Below, piece by piece: positions 8,901 through 16,387 of a stretch of DNA of 28,065 nt. The notes beneath the pieces were generated by a model that was not told the DNA's origin, made no database searches, and saw only the letters and a list, made by a program, of their open reading frames with translations. The translations under genes were made by a program, and so were the position numbers. Each line of letters opens with the position of its first letter. Position 1 is the first letter of the stretch. This DNA is from Candidatus Eiseniibacteriota bacterium (GTDB lineage: Bacteria; Eisenbacteria; RBG-16-71-46), in NCBI GenBank assembly GCA_031364845.1, contig JANLWX010000134.1, positions 1 through 28,065 of the forward strand, written 5' to 3'.

Positions 8901-11733
8901 CCCCTACGGTATCGCCACCTCAGCAGAACCGTTCTTCATCACGGCATCGCCTCCCGGGAGTGGAAGCATCAACTTGTCGTGGGATGACTGCGGCCTTGCG
9001 GGCGCACGGAACAAGAACTTCTCCTGCAACACGAACTCCGGCGTGCCTTTCACGCTCATCGGATCGTTCGACCCGCCTTCGGGCATCTCGGCGCTTGCCG
9101 GAATCTCGGCTGATATGGCGATTGGCTCAGATCAGGCGCTTCCCGACTGGTGGAAGCACGGAGCGGGATTCTGTCGCTCCACGTCGGGGCTCTCGACGAG
9201 CTTCGACTTCACGAACGGCCCGGCCACGTGTGCCGACGTCTTTCTGGGGCAGGCTGCGGGTGGTTACGCCTATGACGTCGACTACGGCACGCCGAACAAA
9301 GCTCGCCTGCGCATTCAGGCCGCGATTCCCGCGGGTACCGAGCCTTCACTGAACCCAGGCACCGAGTACTACGCATTCAAGGTCAACCTGTCCCGAGCCA
9401 AGACCGAAGGGACAGGAGCGTGCTCCGGCTGCTCAACGCCGGTCACAATCCGCCTGAATGAGATTCAATTGTTCCAGCCGCTCGAGATTGGATACGACCC
9501 GCAAATATCCGCCCCCGGCAACAGCAGTGTCGTGACGTGGCAGGCGAACTCGCCTGGTGATGCCGTGGGCGGAGGCATCAATCTCTCCTGGGACGACTGC
9601 GGCACCGCCGGATCGCGCTCCAAGATGTTCGCGTGCGACACGAACACCGGTACTCCGTTCACGCTCGTGGCGTCGTTCGAACCTCCCGCCGGCGTCGATC
9701 AGTTCCTCGGCGTGGCGGCTGATCTGTCGATCGTCACCGAAAGCGCGCTGCCCGACTGGTGGAAGCATGGCAGCGGTTTCTGCCGCGGCGCCAACGGGCT
9801 CGCGACGAACTTCGACTTCACGTCGGGTCCGTCGACGTGCACCGAGTTCGCCTCGGGACTCGCGGCCGGCGGCTACGCCTACGACGTGGCGTATGGCGCT
9901 TCGAACCGCGCGCGGCTTCGCGTCCAGTACGCGGTGCCGGTGGACAATCGCGGCCCGGTTGCTGCGGGCACCGAGTACTACGCCTTCAAGGTGAACCTGA
10001 TGCGCTCGTTGCCGAGCGGCGGATCGTGCGCGGGCTGCGACGTTCCCGCCGAGATCACGCTCAACTCGATCCAACTCTTCCAGCCGCTGGAAGTGCACTT
10101 CGATCCGATGATCACCACGCCGTTGAACAGCACGGTCGCGCTGTGGCAAACCGAGGGTGGATTGCAGCCTCCGCCCGCGATGGGCCCCAACCTCGTCACG
10201 AACCCTTCGTTCGAAACGTCGCTCGCCGGCTGGGGAGGTTTCCTCAACACGACGGTCGAGCGCGTCGCGGATCCGCACCAGGGCGGCTTCGCGCTGGCCG
10301 CGACGAGTCCCGACTCGGTCGCAGAGTTCGGTGTGAACGACAGTCCCAACTGGATCGTGTCGGTGCCCGAAGCGGGCAGCCGTTATCGCTTCGGCGCGTG
10401 GATCAAATCTCCTACGCAGGGTTTCCCGGTGCAGCTTCGCATGCGTGAGTTCCTGCTTCGGGCGCGCACGCAGAGCGTGGGCTCGGAATGGGTGTACGCG
10501 ACGCCGAACTGGCAATACGTCGAGTTCGAGGCCGCGGCACTGAGTGCGGGTTCCACGATCGACTTCCAGATCGTGTGCTCGTCGGCTGCGGCGCGCTCGC
10601 GTCTGCTCGTCGACGACGTTTCGATCCGCATGATCGGCAGCGGTCCCTTCATGGACGCGGCATCCGAGCGAACGGTCGATCCGGGCACGGCGGTCGAAAT
10701 CGTCGTGACCGCGAACGACACCACGGGCGAGGCGATCCGTTCGCTCACGGCCGACTTGGGCGATCTGCCGACCGGCAATGATGCAACGTTCACGGTCGAT
10801 CCCGACCGTCGTCGCGGCGTGCTGCGCTGGACGCCGCAGATCGAAGACGGCGGCGCTTCGTATGTCGTCACGTTCCGCGGGCGCAGCAAGCTCGAGAACT
10901 CGGCGTCGAGCCGCATCACCGTGCGCGCGTCGCAGGATCTCGGCAATCTCGCCGGCGATCCGTCGTTCGAAGGCCAGCAGCTGTGGCGGTGGAAGTCCTA
11001 CCAGGGCGCAACGCTCACCGGAGATGGGCCGGGCCGCATCGGCAACGTTTCGCTGCGCGCGCTCGGGCGGACCGATTCGGCTTCGACGTTCGGCATCAAC
11101 GATTCGCCGAACATCGTTGGCTCGACCGGCCCCATCCCCGGCAAGCGCTACCGCTTCACGTGCTGGGTGCGCGGCGACTCCGCCGCCGGCTTCGCGCGCC
11201 TTCGCGTGCGCGAATACCTCGGCGCCGCGAAGGTAGGAAACGCGAGCTACTCGAACGATCTTCCGCTCACGCCGTCATGGCGCAAGCTCATCGTCGAGCA
11301 CGTGACGGGCGCCGGAGGTTCGACGCTCGACTTCCATGTGCTCGCCGAAGGCAGGCGTCCGGGCGTGACGTTCTTCATCGACGACGTTTCGATCCGCGAG
11401 ATCGCGGCGCCTCCGGCCGCCACGCCGCTCGTGTCTCGCGAAACGGCGACGCTCACGTTCGAGCGTCCCACGGTGATGCCGAATCCATTCCGCGGACACG
11501 CATCGCTGGCGCTCACACTCACGCGTCGCGGGCCGCTCAAGATCGCGCTCTACGATCTGAACGGGCGCCGGGTCAGGAACGTGCACGAACACGCAGACGC
11601 CCCCGCGGGCACGCATCGCTTCGAGCTCGACGGCCGGAACGAGCGCGGCGAGCGCCTGGGCCCGGGCGTGTTCTTCTATCGCATCGACAGCGCCGACGGC
11701 GTTCGGCAGGGGAGGTTCGTGATTCTCGAGTAG
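5965..11733 (+). CDS. Large exported modular protein (1922 aa), paralogue of the upstream gene: 4 six-Cys domains, 7 IPT/TIG repeats, CBM-Ig-CBM, FlgD-Ig/T9SS-like C-terminal domain
   Basis: SD GGGAGG precedes ATG 5965 and the signal peptide ends in ARA. Domain order is X-IPT2-X-IPT5-X-X-CBM-Ig-CBM-CTD. The tail is collinear with that of 1899..5606. Confidence 0.88.
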   Translation: MLQLPSARGSYRRRHPVVDAMLWFAGCLFALSLIAAVARAAPGINLSWDECGAAGSEIKTFACNQNSGAPFTLVASFVPPSGIQEMVGLSADMRIASTALPDWWKHGKGQCRGLTDLATDFDFTAPGACTDFMHGRGAGGFLYEVGSYGANTARLRVQAAIPYDEKGPLAPGTEYYAFKVRVPRSNVTGAGNCAGCDVPVSISLREIQLFQPLEAGNDPVLLTPLVRTTAFWQAKSGSVPVVTAFAPASGTPGTVVTITGNNFTGASALWFGAVGAEFSVVSNTEIRATVPALARNGTRIVVDTPHGSAISANAFGLPPQIVSIFPEQAPVGATVAIRGRNFENVTTTKFNGVNAAFTAVSDSIIRATVPVGATTGPISVVSGTGTGTSATPFRVGEALGSLNLAWNDCSSAGVETKSFACAANTQAPFTLIGSFVPPPGVTQFFGVTADLTVAAGTLPDWWKHGAEQCRGAQGLTVSPDFRTGPSTCIDPWRGMANAPFSYNIDPNGTTARIHIVAAMPQANARALDAFREYYGFKLNVVPTRVTGSGACSGCDTPVNIVLNQIQLMQPAALGQNPIITAPLVRNSANWQGTPGPRPRVDSFTPLAGAPGTVVTITGVNFGETSAVRFGGSASAFTRASDTQLIATLSADAQTGPITVHSPYGTGSGPVAFIVAPRIAAITPAQGAVGTSVQIQGTNFTSTSSVTFNGTSASYTVDSNDLITTTVPVNATSGPIVVLNPGGSATSSGFVVTLPVPRVDSFSPAGGAPGSTVAVRGANFIGASRVQIGGVDATHQVVSDTRIDAIVPVGARSGPVLVTGPGGTNATSPTFIVAPIIELFTPVSARVGSSVVIRGANLGSVTRVAFGSVTATFSLQSEVVMNAVVPESAVTGPISVTNIGGTATSAGSFTVLAPQPPVITSFSPTQGAVGYTIWINGDHLSSVNAVRFNGVPASFIVFSTTTMNAVVPSGAQDGFITVASPYGIATSAEPFFITASPPGSGSINLSWDDCGLAGARNKNFSCNTNSGVPFTLIGSFDPPSGISALAGISADMAIGSDQALPDWWKHGAGFCRSTSGLSTSFDFTNGPATCADVFLGQAAGGYAYDVDYGTPNKARLRIQAAIPAGTEPSLNPGTEYYAFKVNLSRAKTEGTGACSGCSTPVTIRLNEIQLFQPLEIGYDPQISAPGNSSVVTWQANSPGDAVGGGINLSWDDCGTAGSRSKMFACDTNTGTPFTLVASFEPPAGVDQFLGVAADLSIVTESALPDWWKHGSGFCRGANGLATNFDFTSGPSTCTEFASGLAAGGYAYDVAYGASNRARLRVQYAVPVDNRGPVAAGTEYYAFKVNLMRSLPSGGSCAGCDVPAEITLNSIQLFQPLEVHFDPMITTPLNSTVALWQTEGGLQPPPAMGPNLVTNPSFETSLAGWGGFLNTTVERVADPHQGGFALAATSPDSVAEFGVNDSPNWIVSVPEAGSRYRFGAWIKSPTQGFPVQLRMREFLLRARTQSVGSEWVYATPNWQYVEFEAAALSAGSTIDFQIVCSSAAARSRLLVDDVSIRMIGSGPFMDAASERTVDPGTAVEIVVTANDTTGEAIRSLTADLGDLPTGNDATFTVDPDRRRGVLRWTPQIEDGGASYVVTFRGRSKLENSASSRITVRASQDLGNLAGDPSFEGQQLWRWKSYQGATLTGDGPGRIGNVSLRALGRTDSASTFGINDSPNIVGSTGPIPGKRYRFTCWVRGDSAAGFARLRVREYLGAAKVGNASYSNDLPLTPSWRKLIVEHVTGAGGSTLDFHVLAEGRRPGVTFFIDDVSIREIAAPPAATPLVSRETATLTFERPTVMPNPFRGHASLALTLTRRGPLKIALYDLNGRRVRNVHEHADAPAGTHRFELDGRNERGERLGPGVFFYRIDSADGVRQGRFVILE

Positions 11734-11819
11734 CGGGGGCCGCACCCCGCGCCCGGTTGGCTTCGTGGCGGCGGAACATCGCCGTCACGGAGTCGCCGGG
11801 AAACTACCTATGGAATCGC

Positions 11820-11853
11820 CGACCCGCCGGGCCCGAACTGGCCCGGCGGGTCG
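11820..11853. terminator. Perfect 14-bp hairpin between convergent genes
   Basis: CGACCCGCCGGGCC-cgaact-GGCCCGGCGGGTCG lies between the stops at 11733 (+) and 11866 (-). Confidence 0.6.
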
Positions 11854-11865
11854 CGTGCGCATGCA

Positions 11866-12723
11866 CTACTTCGCCGCCGTCCACTCCGCGAGCAGCTTTT
11901 CGGTCGGACGCGTGTCGAACTTGTCCTTGCCTTCTTTGCCTGCCTTGATCGCCTTCTCCGCGTGCGCCATCGCTTCCTTCTTCTTGCCTTCCTTGGCGCG
12001 CAGCTTGGCGAGCAAGGAGAGATTCAGATAGCCGGGCTCGATCGTCACCGACTTCTGCGCCCACTGCGCCGCCAGCTCGGATTCGATACCGTTTGCCGAC
12101 AGGAAGTCCGCCGCGCGGTAGAGCGTCATCGAGTCGTCGGCCTTCGCTGCCGCGACTTCGGCGCGCGCGTGCTCGAGCGCCTGCGTGAGGTCATCGGTCT
12201 CGATCGGAACCACGATCTTCACCTTCTCCCAGCGCAGCACGAGATCCGCCGAGTTCGTCTTGAGATTCTCGAACGAGTACTGCAGCCACTCCTGATGCTC
12301 GGCGGCGGCGGGAACTACGTCCATCTTGAGGACGTCCTGTTCGGGCTTGTAGTCGTACGCACCCCACAGGTCCTTCTCCTTGTTGAACACCGCCTGCCAC
12401 GTGTCCTTGTTAGGGATCGTGAAGAAGCTGTACGTGCCGGCCGGAATGTCCTTGCCGCCGATCTTCACGTCATCCGAGAACGTCACGCTCGTCGCTTCGT
12501 TGGCGCCCGAGCGCCACGGCTTGCCGTACTGCTCGAGTTCGCCCCAGATCGTGCGGCCCTTCACGCCCGGCCGGCTGTAGGACACTGTGACGTCCGTGAG
12601 CCCGATGGTCTGCGTCACCGACGCCTTCTGGCTCACGCGCGGCAGCTTGAGTTCGGCAACGGCCTGCGTCGCGATCAGCGCGGTGGCGATCGCCGCGGCG
12701 ACGACATGAATCGAGTGCTTCAT
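11866..12723 (-). CDS. DUF2911 domain exported protein with C-terminal TPR-like helices
   Basis: PRVSQKASVTQTIGLTDVTVSYSRPGVKGRTIWG...WRSGANEAT...PAGTYSFFTIP is typical of DUF2911. ATG 12723 follows GGAGG and begins a signal peptide (MKHSIH...AVA). The C-terminus is helical and Ala/Lys-rich. Confidence 0.88.
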   Translation of the reverse strand: MKHSIHVVAAAIATALIATQAVAELKLPRVSQKASVTQTIGLTDVTVSYSRPGVKGRTIWGELEQYGKPWRSGANEATSVTFSDDVKIGGKDIPAGTYSFFTIPNKDTWQAVFNKEKDLWGAYDYKPEQDVLKMDVVPAAAEHQEWLQYSFENLKTNSADLVLRWEKVKIVVPIETDDLTQALEHARAEVAAAKADDSMTLYRAADFLSANGIESELAAQWAQKSVTIEPGYLNLSLLAKLRAKEGKKKEAMAHAEKAIKAGKEGKDKFDTRPTEKLLAEWTAAK

Positions 12724-12786
12724 GAGAAAAGCCTCCATGTGCAGCGTGGTGGTGAATCGGAATGCGGCGCAGAGAGGGTACGCAGA

Positions 12787-12828
12787 GCCCCCGCGATCGG
12801 CAAGATCCTGATGCCGACCTGCGGGGGC
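12787..12828. terminator. Imperfect hairpin between the two DUF2911 genes
   Basis: GCCCCCGC..TCGGCA-loop-TGCCGA...GCGGGGGC. Confidence 0.4.
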
Positions 12829-12849
12829 AGTGCCCGATGATCGGGGCGG

Positions 12850-14007
12850 TTACGGCTTTACGGTGAATGCTGCCGTAGCGCGCGTCGTATCCCAATCGAG
12901 ATTCAACACGCCGCCGTCAGCCGTCGGAACCACGCCGATCGTGAAGCGCTCGACCACACTCGGCAGCACCTCGATCTTCATGTCGGCCGTGAACACGTCC
13001 ATATCCGGCTTGCGCGACGTGCCGCCGATGCCGGTCTCGCTGTTGAAGATCAGCTTCCAGCCGCTCGCGCTTGGCAGCGTCCACAGCGAATAGAAGCCCG
13101 CGGGCACGACGGTTCCGCCGAAGTCGAGCGCCTTGTCCGTCTTGATCTGCGTCGCCCCGTTCGCACCCGTGCGCCACACCTCGCCGTACGGCACGATGTT
13201 GCCGAAAATCGCGCGCCCGCGCTTGCCCGGCTTCGAGTAGTCGATCCACACCGTCGCTCCGCCGGCCACGACATTCACCGTGTCGCGCGGCGACAGCACA
13301 CCGATACCGCCGCCCGCGGTCTCACGCGCCGCGAACGACTTCGCGAGCCCGTCGACGTCGAGTTTCTCGACGCGGTCGACGCTCAGCTTCTGCGTGCCCG
13401 AGATCGGAAGCACGCCGAGGATGCGGCCGTCCTTGTCGATGCGAGCGTGGAACAGGTCCAGGCGATCGTTGAAGATCACGACCGAGTCGGCGCCGAGCTT
13501 CGACACCATGAGCATGTTGCCGGTGGTTGAGCCGATGAAGTAGAGCGGCACGCGCAGGCTGTCGGCCTTGTCCTTGGCGAGCTTCATGGTGAGGCTCTCG
13601 TAACCCGCCCACGGGCTCGAGCCCGCGACCACGATCGTATTCTTCTCGAGCGCCATCGCGACGTTCTGCACCGGATTCCTGCCGGACTGGATCTGCGTGC
13701 GCACCGAGTCCGCGCCCCATGTCAAAGCGATCGTCTGCGTGGTCGTGTCGACGCCGACCGGCTTCACCACCATCGATGCCTTCTTGAGCGCACCGCCCGC
13801 GTACTCGTAGACGAAGTGGCGCTGCAGCACGCGCGGCGAGCGGCCGACCTGACGGATCTCGAGCTTGGCCGGCGTGCGCACGTAGTGCTCGATGCTGGTC
13901 GTGTCCGAGCCCAGCCGCACGACGAAGCTTCCCGAGTCGTCCGCGAGGGCGGGAGCAGTACAGGCGAACGCAGCGAGTGAAGCGAGGGCGAGGCGATGCC
14001 AGTTCAT
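12850..14007 (-). CDS. Exported protein with uncharacterised beta-rich N-terminal domain and C-terminal DUF2911
   Basis: A signal peptide follows SD AGGAG. The C-terminus carries LSPRDTV...IDYSKPGKRGRAIFG..VPYGEVWRTGANGAT...PAGFYSLWTLP. Confidence 0.85.
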   Translation of the reverse strand: MNWHRLALASLAAFACTAPALADDSGSFVVRLGSDTTSIEHYVRTPAKLEIRQVGRSPRVLQRHFVYEYAGGALKKASMVVKPVGVDTTTQTIALTWGADSVRTQIQSGRNPVQNVAMALEKNTIVVAGSSPWAGYESLTMKLAKDKADSLRVPLYFIGSTTGNMLMVSKLGADSVVIFNDRLDLFHARIDKDGRILGVLPISGTQKLSVDRVEKLDVDGLAKSFAARETAGGGIGVLSPRDTVNVVAGGATVWIDYSKPGKRGRAIFGNIVPYGEVWRTGANGATQIKTDKALDFGGTVVPAGFYSLWTLPSASGWKLIFNSETGIGGTSRKPDMDVFTADMKIEVLPSVVERFTIGVVPTADGGVLNLDWDTTRATAAFTVKP

Positions 14008-14176
14008 GGGGACTCCTGAAGGCGATGGGATGGCGTCGAGTGAGACAGGGAGTGCGCGAGAGCTTACCGCTTTGCGGACGCCACGACAGCAGTGAGCGCG
14101 GCTACGATGTAAACGGATTGGAAAACTTGCGGCAGCCGGGGGCTCGGTGACCCGAAGTTCCCGGGCGGGCCGTTCA

Positions 14177-14185
14177 TGTTAGGCT
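14177..14185 (+). promoter_or_regulatory. Extended -10 (TGnTAGGCT) 6 nt upstream of the GTG start; probable leaderless promoter
   Basis: The sequence is TGT-TAGGCT-gcgcgg-GTG, with no SD before 14192. Confidence 0.5.
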
Positions 14186-14191
14186 GCGCGG

Positions 14192-14662
14192 GTGGATTTC
14201 GATCGCCTGCAATCCCTGCTAGCCGCCCTCGAGCGCGAGGCCGTGAACTACGCCATCTTTGGGGCGATGGCGCTCAATCTTCATGGACTTGCGCGTTTTA
14301 CCGAGGACATCGATCTGTTCATCGCGCCCGAGGCCGAGAACGTCGAACGCCTGAAGCGAGCGCTGAAAGCCGTGTTCGACGATCCGGCGATCGACGAGAT
14401 CAGCGCCGCCGACTTGTTGGGCGCCTATCCGGCCGTCCAGTACGTGCCTCCCGAGGGAGCATTTCACGTCGACATTCTGACGAAACTCGGATCGGCATTT
14501 TCCTTTGCCGACCTGGCGACGGAGCGCGTTCCCTTTGGCGACTTGACTGTCACGGTGGTCACAGCCCGCACGCTGTATCAGATGAAACGCGACACCGTCA
14601 GACCGAAAGATCGGGTTGACGCGGAGATGCTGAAACAGCGATTCAAACTGGAGGAACCCTGA
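14192..14662 (+). CDS. Minimal nucleotidyltransferase (DUF6036/AbiEii-like, pol-beta superfamily)
   Basis: Motifs YAIFGAMAL.LHG..RFTEDIDLFI, VDIL and the C-terminal K....RPKDR.D. Confidence 0.8.
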   Translation: MDFDRLQSLLAALEREAVNYAIFGAMALNLHGLARFTEDIDLFIAPEAENVERLKRALKAVFDDPAIDEISAADLLGAYPAVQYVPPEGAFHVDILTKLGSAFSFADLATERVPFGDLTVTVVTARTLYQMKRDTVRPKDRVDAEMLKQRFKLEEP

Positions 14663-14868
14663 TGCCGATCCACAAGTTTCGCAGCATCGAGGAGATGAAG
14701 ACTCCACGGTGGCGCGAGCCGGGGGATCCCGAGTTGTACCGGGTGATGGCGACTCTCTGGGAGATCGCAAAGCGCACGAGTACACGGCGCTATCCGCCGG
14801 GTGTGCACCGGCATGCGTCGATCGAAGAGATGCAAGAGACACAAGAACGTTGGCGTGGGCTGAGGTAG
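14662..14868 (+). CDS. 68-aa hypothetical protein translationally coupled to the nucleotidyltransferase (candidate antitoxin/partner)
   Basis: TGATG overlap, SD GGAGG inside the upstream gene, and an internal repeat KFRSIEEM / RHASIEEM. Confidence 0.72.
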   Translation: MPIHKFRSIEEMKTPRWREPGDPELYRVMATLWEIAKRTSTRRYPPGVHRHASIEEMQETQERWRGLR

Positions 14869-14916
14869 CGTCGACAGATCACCATCATCCGGCACTCGAC
14901 TCTCGAGCGTGAGGGG

Positions 14917-14945
14917 TTGAGAGCAGAACCGCGACCGTGCATTGT
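14917..14945 (+). promoter_or_regulatory. Candidate sigma70 promoter for allB (leaderless)
   Basis: TTGAGA-N17-CATTGT, then 6 nt to ATG 14952, with no SD. Confidence 0.45.
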
Positions 14946-14951
14946 GACGTC

Positions 14952-16292
14952 ATGACGCTTCGCCTGTTCTCCCGCCATGTGGTGACGCCCGACGGGGTCG
15001 TCTCCGCAATCGTCGCCGTCGACCGCGGCGTCATCGCGCGTATCGAGCCCGCGTCGGCACCGCGCGACGGCGCGCGCGATCTGGGCGATGCGTGGCTCGT
15101 GCCCGGCATCGTCGACACGCACGTTCACATCAACGAGCCCGGCCGCGCGGAGTGGGAAGGCTTCGAAACCGCAACGCGCGCCGCGGCCGCCGGCGGTGTC
15201 ACGACGATCGTCGACATGCCGCTCAACAGCATTCCCGCGACGACGACCGCCGCGGCACTGCAGACGAAGCGCGCCGCCTCGGCGGGGAAGCTGCATGCCG
15301 ACGTCGCGTTCTGGGGTGGTGTCGTGCCCGGGAACCCGCTCGAGTTGCGCGCGATGGCCGCCGGCGGCGTGCGCGGGTTCAAGTGCTTCATGGTGCCGTC
15401 GGGCGTCGATGAATTTCCGGCTGTCGACGACGCCGATCTCCATCAGGCGATGCCGTTGATCGCGAGCCTCGGCCTGCCGTTGCTAGTGCATGCGGAAGTT
15501 CCGGATCCTGGATTGCGATGCGGGACGGTCTTGCACTTGTTCGAGAAGAGACCCGACCGATACGCGACGTGGCTGAACAGCCGGCCGCCCTACATGGAGA
15601 CCTCCGCCGTCGCGCTCATGATCGATCTCGCTGAGCGCTACGGCTGTCGCACGCACGTTGTGCACGTCGCGTGCGGTCAGGCTGCCGAGTTGGTGCGCGA
15701 GGCGCGAGGCCGCGGCGTACCGATCACCGCGGAGACCTGTCCCCACTATCTTACGTTCTGCGCCGACGAGATCGGCGTCGGCGAGACCGAATACAAGTGC
15801 GCCCCCCCGATCCGCGATCGAATCGAGCGCGAGCGGCTGTGGCAGGCGCTGGCCGAAGGCACGCTCGATCTGGTCGCCACCGATCATTCGCCGTGTCCGC
15901 CCGCGATGAAGCTCCAGGACGCCGGAGACTTCTTGGCAGCCTGGGGAGGGATCGCGTCTTTGGAGCTGAGCCGCTCGGTGATGTGGACCGAGGCGCGCGC
16001 GCGCGACTTCACGCCGGTCGATCTCGCGCGCTGGATGAGTTCCGCTCCAGCCCGGCTCGCCGGGCTGGAGAATCAGAAAGGCGCGATCGTTCCCGGGCTC
16101 GATGCGGATCTCGTCGTTTGGGATCCGGAGGCACAGTGGGTCGTGGATCCGCGGCGGCTGCACCAGCGACATCCGATCACGCCGTATGCGGGGAGATTGC
16201 TGACGGGGCGGGTGTTGGCGACCTATCTGCGGGGTGTTGAGGTTTGGGATGGGAAGAGCGTCGGCGTTGCGGCGGGGGCGTTGATTCCGTAA
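14952..16292 (+). CDS. allB: Allantoinase (amidohydrolase superfamily)
   Basis: PGIVDTHVHINEPGRAEWEGF, DMPLNSIP, GFKCF (carbamylated Lys), VHAE, ETCPHYL, KCAPPIR, TDHSP, AWGGI. It is adjacent to alc/uraD/uraH. An alternative GTG start lies at 14937. Confidence 0.93.
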   Translation: MTLRLFSRHVVTPDGVVSAIVAVDRGVIARIEPASAPRDGARDLGDAWLVPGIVDTHVHINEPGRAEWEGFETATRAAAAGGVTTIVDMPLNSIPATTTAAALQTKRAASAGKLHADVAFWGGVVPGNPLELRAMAAGGVRGFKCFMVPSGVDEFPAVDDADLHQAMPLIASLGLPLLVHAEVPDPGLRCGTVLHLFEKRPDRYATWLNSRPPYMETSAVALMIDLAERYGCRTHVVHVACGQAAELVREARGRGVPITAETCPHYLTFCADEIGVGETEYKCAPPIRDRIERERLWQALAEGTLDLVATDHSPCPPAMKLQDAGDFLAAWGGIASLELSRSVMWTEARARDFTPVDLARWMSSAPARLAGLENQKGAIVPGLDADLVVWDPEAQWVVDPRRLHQRHPITPYAGRLLTGRVLATYLRGVEVWDGKSVGVAAGALIP

Positions 16293-16293
16293 T

Positions 16294-16330
16294 GCCGTTC
16301 GAAGCGCGGCTTCATCGCGCTTCGAACGGC
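16294..16330. terminator. Perfect 15-bp hairpin right after the allB stop
   Basis: GCCGTTCGAAGCGCG-gcttcat-CGCGCTTCGAACGGC. Confidence 0.6.
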
Positions 16331-16356
16331 TGGCTTTGCGAGAACCGGCGGAAAGC

Positions 16357-16387
16357 CTCTAGCGCACCGCTTCGCGCTGCGCTAGAG
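16357..16387. terminator. Hairpin overlapping the alc stop codon
   Basis: CTCTAGCGCA-ccgcttcgcgc-TGCGCTAGAG. Confidence 0.5.

Noticed and set aside
2031..11733. Recurrent DNA words (CCCGACTGGTGGAAGCA, TTCGACTTCAC, TTCCAGCCGCT) suggesting a CRISPR or DGR template/variable repeat
   Set aside because: They are codons of conserved residues in repeated protein domains. Spacing is irregular and long, no adenine-specific divergence is evident, and no cas or RT gene lies in the window.
14100..14176. Possible structured RNA upstream of the nucleotidyltransferase (CCGGG...CCCGG, AACGG...CCGTT)
   Set aside because: The stems are short and imperfect for GC-rich DNA, there are no tandem repeats as in type III antitoxins, and it matches no riboswitch I recognise.
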